From Trichosphaerium sp. ATCC 40318 (lineage: Eukaryota; Protista; Tubulinea), in the NCBI GenBank assembly GCA_038496445.1, contig JALMLS010000050.1:1-64000 (forward strand): a stretch of DNA of 64,000 nt, written 5' to 3'. Positions 52,514 through 64,000 of this stretch are shown in pieces. Below the pieces are notes generated by a model. The model was not told where the DNA came from and made no database searches. It worked only from the letters and a program-made list of their open reading frames with translations. Both the position numbers and the translations under genes were made by a program. The first letter of the stretch is position 1. The number at the start of each line of letters is the position of its first letter.

Positions 52514-55057
52514 ATGGCTAAGTTAAGAGGTAAAATCGCCTTTCTATCGTATCTATAATACATCTCTCGCGAAATAACAAGTCTGTATAGCGTTTTATTT
52601 AGTTGTGGCAATTATTTTGCTCACGAGATGTTATGCTGCTCAAGACACTTGTAACAGAGAATGCGAAGGTGACTTATGTAATTTAAAGGCTACAGATTGT
52701 CCTTGCAGTGTATGCGTTGACACATGTACTGATGACGGCACTACAGCTGTCTGTGCCTGTGCTTGCCCAGATACTGGAAAAGTACGCAATCTCTTACAAC
52801 AAACAACTCCGACGGTCTATATGTCTCATTTTATGCAAAGATTCTGATTGGAGACTTTGTTTTTCGCGATATAGAAGAATCAAATGGGGATCCAGATGGG
52901 ATACAGAGTAAGATATAAAACTAATACCCGGACAGAACAAACGGAGCGAACATTGGCTTTTTTTTTTCTTTTTTTCAGAAAGATCTAGAAGTTTTTTGAT
53001 GTTTTTTTGACGACCACGTGTAGATTTCGAACCTGGTATTCCTGGAGCTCGTCTTTACTTATACAATAGCGCTAATGTTAGTATTGATTCTAATGTAACT
53101 AATTTTGATGGTGAATACTACTTTGAAGTTGATCCAAATACACAATACATGGTAATGATAAAAAGCTTTTCAAAATGAGCGAAAAAGATAATAATCACAA
53201 ATTGAAATTCTCATTTTTTTTACACATAGATATGCGTCAGTGTCAATTCAGTATCTTCGCCGAATATAATGGTACGGATATAATTATATGAGTTATTGTA
53301 TTCTAATATTACAAACGTAGATACCAACTTTACCAAACGTTGGTAGCGATGGCACGTGTCAAATGAGAGAAATAAAACCAGAAAAAAAAAAAAGACCAAT
53401 ATTAATGTAAAATAGATACTATAGATTCTGATGGTATTCCAGAACAACGTGATTTAGGAAATGGCATTGAAGTACGTTTAATAGAAAAATATTATAATCA
53501 ATAGAGAACTGACTTAGCTTGTTTAATTAGAATGCTACTTGTGCTATATTTGTTACACCAGACGCTTCCGTTGTAGTAGGTGGGACAGTTTTTTACGTTG
53601 TGTTTATTACTGATACTGTAAAGATTGGTCAATAGATTTCGGCTTCATACTTGCTCCTGCCGGGTGTGGAGACCGTGTGTGGTTAGATATGGACGAAGAT
53701 GGATTACAAGGACCAAGCGAAGTCGGAATTCCAGGCGTACAATAGTTGTTTTTTGAAATGTTGTAAAATTGAATCTATTTCTAGCTTCTAGTATTGCTGA
53801 TAGATCTCAATACTGGTATAGAGCTCCAAAGAACTGTTACAGATGAAGATGGATTATACTTGTTTAAGCTTGACGCAAGATCAGAAGTAGCAATATGCGT
53901 CGATTTCAAGTACAATCTTTTTTATCAAAGAACTTTCTTCTTTTCTTCCTATTGACTGTTCGTTAGTGATGCGATGTCCCTCCGTCCGACAATAAATGTG
54001 GATGGATTTCCTGAATTAAATTCTGATGGCGCTCTGACGCCATACAATGGAGATGTACGGAACTTTGTCGTCAATACTCACCAAAATGACACAAGCTGAC
54101 TCTTTTTTTTTTAAAGATACTTTCTTGCAATACGAGTAAAGCTGCACCAACATATGGCGTGTATAATCTTGACATCGATTTCGGTTTTGTATTTGATGAT
54201 GGCAGTCCTACGTCTTCACCTACGCAAGGACCTCCAACCAACCCACCAACAACTATACCAACACCGCCACCTACAAGCCAACCAACATCAACGGTGGCTC
54301 CCCCAACGGCACAACCAACAGCAACCCCAACCGCTGTACCGACTCCAAACCCAACTTCAATCCCTTCCCAACCACCAACTGCCATACCAACAGCAACACC
54401 AACTGCTATACCAACAGCAACGCCAACTGCCGTAACGACTTCAAATCCAACTTCAATCCCTTCCCAACCGCCAACTGCCATACCAACAGCAACGCCAACT
54501 GCTACGCCGACAGCAACGCCACCAGCAGACCAACCTGTAGCTCCACCAACTAATGTGCCAACACCGAATCCAACCGTGCAACCTACAGCTGTAACATTGC
54601 CTCCACCGACTAGTCAACCAACAGCAGCTACAACAGCACCAACTCCACAACCTGTGTCGACTCCAACAGCTTCTCAAACAGCTTCACCTACAGCTGGTAC
54701 TACAACGCCAGTAGCCACAAATGCCCCTGTTCCTGTTGTCACAGACGCACCCCAAACTGCGCAACCTGTGGCTCCTTTTCCATCTAGTAGTTTTGTAACA
54801 CTTGCGTGTCTTAACTTGGATGCATCTAGCACATGCCAGTACGCCTAAACCCTTTTTTCTTTCACTGAAAAGAAGTTTTGTAAACCAAACACCTTCGCTG
54901 AGTTTGTGTTAGGTGTACTAGAGTTGCATGTGATTGCGACGGAAGATTTGGTCCATGTCAATGCACAAGGCCTCCTGGAAATTTCTTGACGTGTATTACA
55001 GCTTATTTTGACCAAGATGTATACTTAGGAAGCATTTTTTGTTGTGCTGGTGCATAA
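52514..55057 (+). CDS. Secreted protein: Cys-rich N-terminus, two SdrD B-type domains, Pro/Thr stalk, Cys-rich C-terminus
   Basis: IGDFVFRD...DGIQ..EPGIPG...TNFDGEYYF...GSDDTIDSDG...IDFGF and CGDRVWLDMDEDGLQGPSEVGIPG...TDEDGLYLF; PTATPTA repeats at 54200-54780. Confidence 0.82.
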
Positions 55058-55388
55058 GTTTTTTTTTTGAATGCACAAACAAATTGTATTCCAACAAACA
55101 AACCAAGAAAAATTTAATAACAATAAAAAACACGTGTTTTAGTAGTTCACTCACTCCACAATCAATCCACGTTTTTTTTTTTGTGTCACTGAAACTGACA
55201 AAAGTCATATTGTTGAATCGTACTACCATTGATGTACGATTCTATATAAACACGTGCGAGTTGGTAATAGAAAATATGGTTTAGACTGCTACAACTTGCA
55301 TACAAATTTACGTGTTCGTAATATGTGTGCTTATTAGTTAAAGGTTAGGCTACGCTACCCCTTTTTATTTATTTTGATGCTGACGTTC

Positions 55389-56529
55389 TCATTCTTGTGG
55401 TTTCTCAACAACAACGCAGAAGTCACGGTTGTAGTATATGTTTTGACCACCTACCTTTGATTCTTTTACAATCTTCAATCCCGCACGGCTTATTAGCGTA
55501 CGTACAATATCAGGGCTAACAAAATAGAAACCACCTACAGTGTACTTGCTTTGTTTCTCAAATCTTGCCCATCCTTGAGGAGCTGTCAAGTTTGCTGTAT
55601 GTATGAATGCTTTACATCCTAAAAAATGTGTTAACAAGCTTCAAGTGTGAACGTAAATCGCGTGTATTTGTGTGGTTATTTACGAGTTGACTCGTAAAGC
55701 ATGTAATGATAAGAGGTACCTGGTTTGAGGACACGTTTTATTTCTTGAACGTATTTCCAAATTGTGTGTAAATCCACGTGTGGTAGTACATCAAAGCTGT
55801 AAATAAAGTCTAAAGAATTGGACATGCTATCAGGTAAACTGCTACTTTTTAGTAAATGAAACTCAGCATCTAAACAACAATCAGAAAGCAAAATTCAGTG
55901 AACGCAAAAAAAAGCATCATTGAAGTGAAAGAGAAAATAAAAAGGTCTTGTAAGAGCAAGTGTTCGGAGTCCCCTCTCCTAACACTTTCGAAAGTAATAC
56001 TGATAAGACCTTTACCATGTCTGTTGTACTTACTTTCATTCTCTTTGAGGGCTTCTTTGGCTTTTTTGAGCATGCCAGGTGATATGTCAAAACAATGCAA
56101 TTTTGAAACTTTTTTAACGGTTCTTGACGCTACTCGGCCACCACCACTTCCAATTTCAGCAACAACGCTCTCAGGTGTAATATACTCAAACAAGAACGTA
56201 TCAAGCACTTCTTCAAGAGATTTCAAGTCGGACCATTCATCACCAACGTGCTGGAGCTCTCGCTTGCCTGAATACGTTAAATATATACGTTTACGCCTAT
56301 TGCGCGTACCATTTGGTAAATTGTTGTTCATCTTTTCAACAAAATCGGCTTCAGGCTTCCAATCTGCAGCATACGAATCCCTATACGTTTATTTTAGCAA
56401 CAAGTAACAATCCAAGCGATTAGTTCACCATAGCTTTCTGTTTGTATCAAAATTGCTTGATTCTGTGTATACTATAGCTTCAGAAAGTGTTTGTACTAAT
56501 GAGAGTATTGGATTGTTCTTTTCAGCCAT
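55389..56529 (-). CDS. Class I SAM-dependent methyltransferase
   Basis: VAEIGSGGGRV, CFDISPGML, LDFIYSFDVLPHVD, EIKRVLKPG. Confidence 0.9.
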
Positions 56530-56984
56530 GGTTGTAAATGTTTGTGAAATACAGCTTTGACTCGGATTGAAAATGGAAAAAGCAGATTTAGTTCATCTTT
56601 TTTATCGATAATCCGATTCAACTCGTTCGTGAAATAACTTCATTGCAAAGAAGCTCTAGGTAGCTTTGATAAGGATCATGTCTAAAACTTTAGTTTGCAA
56701 ACTTTTGGAATAATGCTTCCCCCGTGTAACCCTATGCAAGTAGATTGCTTAAAGAAACTCACTTACAAGAGTTGGACTCACTATTGTTAGGGCCTTGAAT
56801 TTCGCTACTATGAGTGTTTACCGAAGAATTTACCTAGGATGCTGGCACTAAATCGAAAGACATCCTAACTTATCATTGTGTGCTGCAAGAAAGGCAGTGA
56901 TCCGCTACCACACGACAGGTATCATTTCAACCTCAACGAGTTATTTAAACTTCGTAGTTCAGTTTTGGCTCTGTGTTTAGTTTC

Positions 56985-59900
56985 ATGTCTTTATCAAAAA
57001 AGTCAATTGTTTTACGCACTGCTTACACGTTTTGTGCACAATGGCGCTTTGGTATCTCACCGTAGTTGTTATGGTTATACAACTCTCATTATTTGTTTCT
57101 TGTTCAACTGAAATACTTGGACAAAATTTAAGATTAGAGCCTCCTCTTTACATAGGTACGAGGTGGTTAAACTGAAAATACCTACGTCAAAAATTGAAGG
57201 TCTTGTTCGAAATACAAAAAAGTTTTCTGCGCACGTGTTTTAACTGGTGTCACTAGGAGGCGCTATTGTATACGTTGCGGACGAATTTAAACTACTTGTT
57301 AAATTGGAAAAAGCTTCACGGAGCGATGTTATCGTTATTATTGATGGCAATCACGTGTTTGAAGCGACCAATGGTAGTGCCACTTTTTTTTAACACCCTT
57401 TGTTTTAAAAAAGCCGTTTAGATGATTGTAAGTATACAGAGAATGAAAAAGAATGTCTATTGGATATGAGCAGTATGTTGTCATTGGGTATACACATCAT
57501 CGCAGTGTACACAAGAGAAAACGATGTAAAAAAGCAAGTTTTCTTTAAGGTTTTTTTACATTTTTAGGCCTACACGCTACAACATCCCTCTCCTATTACA
57601 GTCAACTATACCACACCATCTCAGAACATCATGTAAGAAATTTTTGTGTGCCTCATGTAGCACTTACATTGCTTTAGGGAACGAACTCACATTGGCTTGA
57701 ATCATCAAGTCGGTATCTACTATACAACTTTAAATCAGCCTTCCGCATACGTGACACAAATGGTAACAGAGAAACTACACGTTCTTCAATTGACATGAAT
57801 AAAAGGTATCTAAATATCTGGGTCACCCTGCATACACTGTTGAAGATGTACTACGGTCAGAAGGAAAGCTTAATATGGCTGATGTACTAGAAAAATGGAG
57901 TACCAAAATAGACTTTGGATGGCCTCTGAAGGAACTCAACTGGTATCAAGACCGACCAGACTTGGTACATGGAATATTTACTACACACGTTCTAATTCTA
58001 TAAATTTACTTAGGGATACTATTGTTTGTACAGAAAACGTCCTGGAGAGAAGGTAGTACAAGCCCATTTTTTTCTTTTCAATTTCTTATTTTTCGTAGGG
58101 CATAATTCCGGATTGCGAGAACATTACAGAGACTCTTGAGGTTATCTTTTTAGTGCACCTTAAAGTCTTATCTTGATTATAGAAACATGCATCTGAACTG
58201 ACATCTGCTGGCGTGGATTATATTGTCTTCGATGCAACCAATGTATGAGATAGTACTTAACACAAACATCTAATAATCCTAGTCTGATCAATGGCCAAGT
58301 GACGAGTCAGACGTAAGGTACAGCGTTTTACTTTATTTAAGACCCCTTTACTCACGATACAAGAACGCTCCGACCTATAGAGGTAGTATTTGAGGAGTGG
58401 AAGAAGCTCAGAGATCGTGGAATCAAAACGCCACAGGTACAATACATATTTGTTTCTTGTCTAATGTAAGATAGTTGGCTGTGTGGAACCAAGTATTCAG
58501 TATGTACACTAGCTTCGGTTAATTTCCTTCTGTTAAAAAGAGGTATAGATGGAGGAACGCTGTGGAAGCAGTTTTTGAGCCGCATTTACAACAATCCTGA
58601 TTATGAAGATATGATTTGGAAGGATCCTAAAACAGGTTAAAGAAAACTATTCTGAACGACTGCTAACACACCAAAAAGGCAAGAAAGTGTTCGTGCTTGT
58701 GTGGAGAGAGTTGAATAATATTAATTACACTGCTGTCGACGAGATTGCTAAGAATGGAGGTATGTGAAACAGACATTAACAAAATCCTTAGAATTTATCA
58801 CGTGTAGGTAAAAATGATATTGTAATACTAAAAGCATGGCAAACACCAACTTATGACACGAAATGGTTTGAATCCGGACTGTGGACGTACCTTAGCCCTT
58901 GTGTTGCTAAAGTACCTTTTGAGCTCTTAACTTTATAACTCAAATATATACTAATGTACTCAATAGAATGGAGAGTTTCTTAACTTTACTACAAGCGTAC
59001 ATCCTGATGTACCTTGCAACCACTTAAAAACAGTAAACAGGTTAGTACATATTTAACAATCCTGATCTAAGGTTGTTCTGTTTTCGCAGCCCTCTTGGTT
59101 CAAGTTGGACAGTCAGTATGCAATTGGCTATTTGTAATATACCTTTTGCAAGCCCTGGTAAATTAAACGGCTTGTGGTTTAAAAAACAAATGGAAGATGT
59201 TTTCAAAAGCCCAGGTACAATTTTTAGTGCAATCTTGTTTTGCGTTACACTTATTTGTTTTTTCTCTCAAGCGGACCAGTTGTTCATGCCTTCTTGGAAT
59301 GAGTTCGAAATACGTACCACTAGAAGATATAATACTAGTTCTTATATTGTTGCTTTACATAGGACCTATGACGATGAAACAATGGCTGTTAAATAACACT
59401 TATTTCCATGGCATGGTACGTTAAGCAGCTGAGATAAAGTACACTCCTAAGGGCTTGCCTTGAAATACTCGAAACTTGTGGCTATGTTTACCTAATTGCT
59501 GTTTAATAGGGTGCAGATGGAGATGCTAATGGTTACTCGTTCTTTTTGGACGGTTATGGAAGCGAACGCTCAAGAACTGTAGAGCCAACCGTCACAGTAA
59601 ACTCAACAAAAACAACATAGTCAATTGCTCAATTCTTTGTTTTTCAGGACAATGGCAAGTATTATGAATTAATGGCAAGTTGCCTTCGTGTTGCTAGATT
59701 AGGAGTGAAAACGTGTAATGTTAAAGGCGGTAAGGATGGTTTTATCTTCAAACTACTTACTTTTTTTTTTTCAGAACCTTGTTGCGAAATTGGTCCAGGT
59801 GCCACTCAAAGGATTGTGATTGACACTTAACATCCTTAGATAATCATTTTGCATCCATATCCAGCCTTGAGCGCATTGATAGGACTGATACTCTATTAAC

Positions 59901-60527
59901 AAACAACGAACAAGAAAAAAATAGGATTCTTTCAAACACGTACAAATAGTGATCCACTTTAAAGTTTAATGTTCCTCACAAGGGACTGGATAGAGAGATG
60001 TAATCCTTTCAGTGGCCCTACAGACTTTTGTGCTAATCAAAGCATGCCGTGGTATGTAAAGCTCACAATTTTAGTTTTTCTCATAATTTTCTTTAACATA
60101 AATTAACAATAACCAAGGCATCCTTGGGACAATTATAACGTTGTTCGTGGACCGTTCATGATTTATGCAAATACTACGACATCAATGGAACATACTTTAC
60201 CACTTTACAGGTCCACAAGAAATTACTTAAGCCAGTGAAGACTTAGAACTGTTTTAGGTGTTTAAGGAGTTCAGGAAAGCATCTTTTTTCTCTTCGTTCT
60301 GATTGTGAAGGATACGGTTCTGTAGAGTACACTCTTGGATATATATCAGAAGTCAAATCTTCACTGTTTCCGCGAACATTGGAAAGATGTTACAAGTACG
60401 TCGTCTTATCATGTTCAAGTACTCTAAAACAAAGTACAGTGCAAAAAGAGATGAGTTTTATCATGCTGGAGATGAAGCTTGCAGACAGGGCGACGAACTT
60501 GATGGAAGTGTTGGGTTTGTAATGTGA
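56985..60527 (+). CDS. Secreted or membrane-anchored glycoside-hydrolase-like protein (GH71/99-like barrel) with a C-terminal accessory domain, many introns
   Basis: Hydrophobic N-terminus; QVGIYYTT, LGYYCLY, KHASELTSAGVDYIVFDATN, LFMPSWNEF, DGYGSERSRTVEPT, LYRCL...LGYI. Confidence 0.65.
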
Positions 60528-60821
60528 CCTAGAAACTGATCAAATACATTTCCTCATCGTTTCGCACCCGGTTGTTTTAAAGATTTTTCGATGGTTTTTT
60601 TGTGGTTGTAGGTTATCACGTGATTCTTGGACGCTTTGATAATTGAAGCTATCAAAGCAGTTATAGACAATTGATTTAGGTACATAAAAGTAAGATAAAG
60701 GGAAATAGAGGTGGCACATGAACGGATTACACTCACGTGGTTAAAACACCAAGTATTAATTTGTTGCAGAGTATAACAGACCTGGTTTGTTATGTATTGG
60801 TACAGTTTTTGTCCACTTTTA

Positions 60822-61870
60822 TTACAACCTTTTGGGTGTGTCTTTCTTAAACATGTAACCAGAGAATTGTTTCTCACCTCGTTCATTCCAAGAACTAATC
60901 TGACTACGTAATCCATTCTTTATTTTGTAACTTTTCTTCATTTGGCCATTACTGTACCACTCAGTATACATCTTATCTATAATACCTCTGTTATAAAAAC
61001 AACATATCTTGGGTTTCCCAGATGCATACCACTCCCTGTACTCTCCATTAAGTTTACCATTCGAAAAATTTTGTTTTTTAATCAAGGTTCCTTCAATGGA
61101 CCATTCCTTTGCTTCTCCTTCTAGTTTACCCTTATTATTGTAATTCTCCTCAAATCGAATGTCATTATGGCGACAACCTTTCCAAGATCCTTGCTTCTTA
61201 CCATGATGGTAGTAACCCTGACAAACTATACTTTTTCTGAATCCGTACTCTGTATAAAACCCATGCTTAACACCATTTACACAAGTCACTTCTTCATTAC
61301 CAATTGTACATAACCCTTCTAACAAACCATTTTTATAAAACAGCTTCTTTTTAAGACATTTCCATTTATCCCACTCTTTGTACAGTCCTTGTAATACATC
61401 ATTGTTATAGTTGCAAACTATTTTTTGTTTTGTGTCTTCAAACCATTCAGAGTACTTTCCATTGAGTTTGTCGTTGTTGTAATGGCATACCTTTCTACAG
61501 TTTCCGTTTTTATACCATTCTTTTATTTCACCATGGCGTGTACCACCGCTGTAAATGATTTGACTTTTTAGGTTTGAAGAAGGGCCACTACCACGCTCAG
61601 CTGGGTACCAATACGACCAACGTCCTACCTTGCACAAGTCCGCGTTGTAGTGCGTGAGTTTAGCTGCTGTTTTGGACAGTACGTGGTACTTACAAAATAT
61701 TATTTTGTCAAGTTCGCAAATATCCTGCTGAAGCTCTGGAGGTAAGTCTAAAAGCGCAGTAGGCAAATCACCTAATAGTTATTACATAGTGGACGCTTTT
61801 ATAGTGTAACTATACCGTGTAGGTGTTCGTAGGCTCTTGATTTGCTTTTGCGGTGGACAGAACGACTCAT
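60822..61870 (-). CDS. F-box-like plus MORN-variant repeat protein; one 44-nt 5' intron (61772-61815), then one ~950-nt exon
   Basis: LLDLPPELQQDI is F-box-like. Repeats of the form G..HGE.KEWY.NG follow. The ATG at 61870 splices in frame to the supplied TTG-started ORF. Confidence 0.85.
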
Positions 61871-62023
61871 TAGGCTAGGGGCTTGGTGAAATTGTATGAT
61901 CCTGTGTAAACTAGCGCCCACGTATTGCCACAACTATCTTGTGTTGCTACGAGCAATTTGTAAAAGTGTACTAACGAACAGAAAACAGAACTTAACCGAG
62001 AATTCATTGCGTTTCTCAGGACA

Positions 62024-64000
62024 ATGAGCAACACACCAGAAGGTAGTGACGGCGAACAAGAGGAGGAAAAACCAGTCAATTTGCCGTTTGGTATTGATAA
62101 ATCACAATTACAAGACAATTCGTTAGATGTGCGTTTAAAAATGAAGAAACTATTCTCACTGTACGCAAGGGGATCAATGTAGAGCGATTAAAACAACAGA
62201 ACTTGAAAAAAAAGAAAAACCCATTCCAAGCCCACAAACAAGCCAAACAGCGCAAAAAACTGGTATGTTTACGCGTTAATTGCTATTGTTTAGCCTTTAT
62301 TAGGAGGAAGAAGCTCAAGCAAAGGCAGTGTTAGAAGAATCTCTCAAGTACTTCACCGATGATACACCAGCAGGTTTATGGCGATAATTTTTATAAATGC
62401 TTCATAAAATCAACTGAAAACCACCTAAACGCGCCCAGGTCAAACATTTGTGCGTGGTGGAACCATAGTACAAACGGACACGAAACAAATTGAGGTGACA
62501 CCGGAACAAAAAACAAAAAACGCTCTAAACCGTTACCACAGGTGAAAGGAAACGCGTCAGAGTACAAACTGGACGCTACAGGGTCACAAAAGAAATCTAA
62601 ACCAAAATCAGCAGGACTACGCGAAAACGCGTTTAGTACTATGGTAGCCAACTCTATAAAGACACCCAAAAGGAAGAAGGAAGCTAAGAAAACAAGAGTC
62701 ATAGATACACTCGTAGATGAGCTCAAACGGTACGATAAAAATGAGAAATCCTTCACCCCGAACATTTTGACACTTAGAACCTTGAGTGGTTTTTTCTCCT
62801 AAAATGAGTGTAACTGTTACTAATGAATTAAAAACAGTACTCAAGAACTAAGAGAGAAACAAAAAGAACTATACAAGGTAGATAGACGCCAGATTTAAAA
62901 AAGTGACATTTTATTCCAAATTCGTAACTGTTTTAATCACTCTCCTTAAAGAAAATTGGACGTGCTGCAATGGATTCAGAAGGATCAAATTATGATGATC
63001 CTGCAAGCTGTAACCTTTATCTATCAAACCTATCCCAAGAAGTTACAGATGAAATGTTGTATAAAGTGTTTAGAAGGTACTGTTTTTAAACTAGCGCCAA
63101 CTTTAGTTGATTTACTATGAAATTTAGATATGGACAAATAGCCAGTATTAAGATAATGTGGCCGAGAAACGATGATCCTGATAGACCTAGAAGAACCAAA
63201 AATACTGGGTTTATCAATTTTACTACACGCCATGATGCTGAAGGCGCTAAAAGAGCTATTGATGGCACTATATTATGTGGTAGTGACATACGTATAGGTA
63301 CATACTTTTATATTAATTACCGATGCTGTTTTCTTACATGGTACAAAGGTTGGGGCCGTTCAATACCTGCTCGTGGTCGTATATATGTACCGCCATCGTT
63401 ACAAGGCCAACACGGTCATACTTCACATCACACACCAATCCGCCAAGCAAGGCAACCAGCACCTCAAGCTGCTGTACGTTTATGAGCTTGTTTTAGTTTA
63501 AAATATTTACTTTGGTTATAGAGCGCACCAGTCTCGTTACCTCCAAATATACCTCAAATTAGAGTTCAAGTTCCTTCGTTGGGAAGTAAAGAAATTATAG
63601 ATGCACTGGCGCAGCAGATTATACAACACGGTTTCAGATTCGAGGTAAAGCTATTATCATGTGCTCTTTTATTAAGGTTCTTTGCTAGCAATATTTGTGC
63701 GAAAAGGTAGCACAGCAACAACCAGAGCTCAGCTTTTTGTTTCAATATGGCTCTCCTGATAATATGTATTATCGCTGGAGAGTATATTCTCTCTATCAGG
63801 TAAACTCTTTCATTATTACTGTAAACGCTCACAAATTAAGGGTGACACGTTGACAAAGTGGAGAACATCTCCCTTTCAAATGTTTAGTGGCGGCGCATTT
63901 TGGATACCACCTCCACCGCCTTTAGACTCTTCTACTTCAAGCCAAGCAGCAAATAGCGTAACAACAGCTACTGATTACGAACTACAAGGTAAGTAATATA
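62024..64000 (+). CDS. U2SURP: U2 snRNP-associated SURP motif-containing protein (SR140), 3'-partial
   Basis: RRM (NLYLSNLS...YGQIASIKIMWPR...GFINF...IGWG) and SURP (IIDALA..IIQHGFRFE...FLF...MYYRWRVYSL..GD...W...PFQMF.GGAFWIPP). Confidence 0.92.

Noticed and set aside
57526-57567. Apparent GC donor GCAAGT at 57534
   Set aside because: The GT donor at 57526 gives the frame that continues into the next exon.

Overview
Gene-dense, AT-rich (about 35% GC by eye) eukaryotic nuclear DNA with very short spliceosomal introns (mostly about 35-60 nt). The supplied ORF track is therefore mostly exon fragments or antisense noise. Gene content (GbpD-type RasGEF-CNB-GRAM-CNB protein, Costars/LIM/filamin protein, ubiquitin with Q28) suggests an amoebozoan protist. 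I rebuilt about 24 gene models by hand, including NOP2, GALC (GH59), U2SURP, METTL26/DUF938, di-ubiquitin, an orphan actin-related protein and several secreted Pro/Thr-stalk proteins. I found no tRNA, rRNA, CRISPR array or autonomous transposon. The most notable observations are: (1) a three-dsRBD gene whose own transcript carries a 147-nt pri-miRNA-like 3' hairpin, a 344-nt intron able to fold into two incompatible structures (one burying the branch point) and a uORF overlapping the start codon, which may be a dsRNA-sensing autoregulatory locus; (2) roughly 9-fold enrichment of the palindrome CACGTG (at least 56 copies by manual count); (3) frequent GC-AG introns and AAG acceptors; (4) unusual protein architectures: a stand-alone Spt16 middle domain, a Ras-like plus pseudokinase fusion, zf-PARP plus SAP, and a giant-virus-style F-box/MORN gene. 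All gene models, folds and counts are manual, and exon boundaries are approximate.
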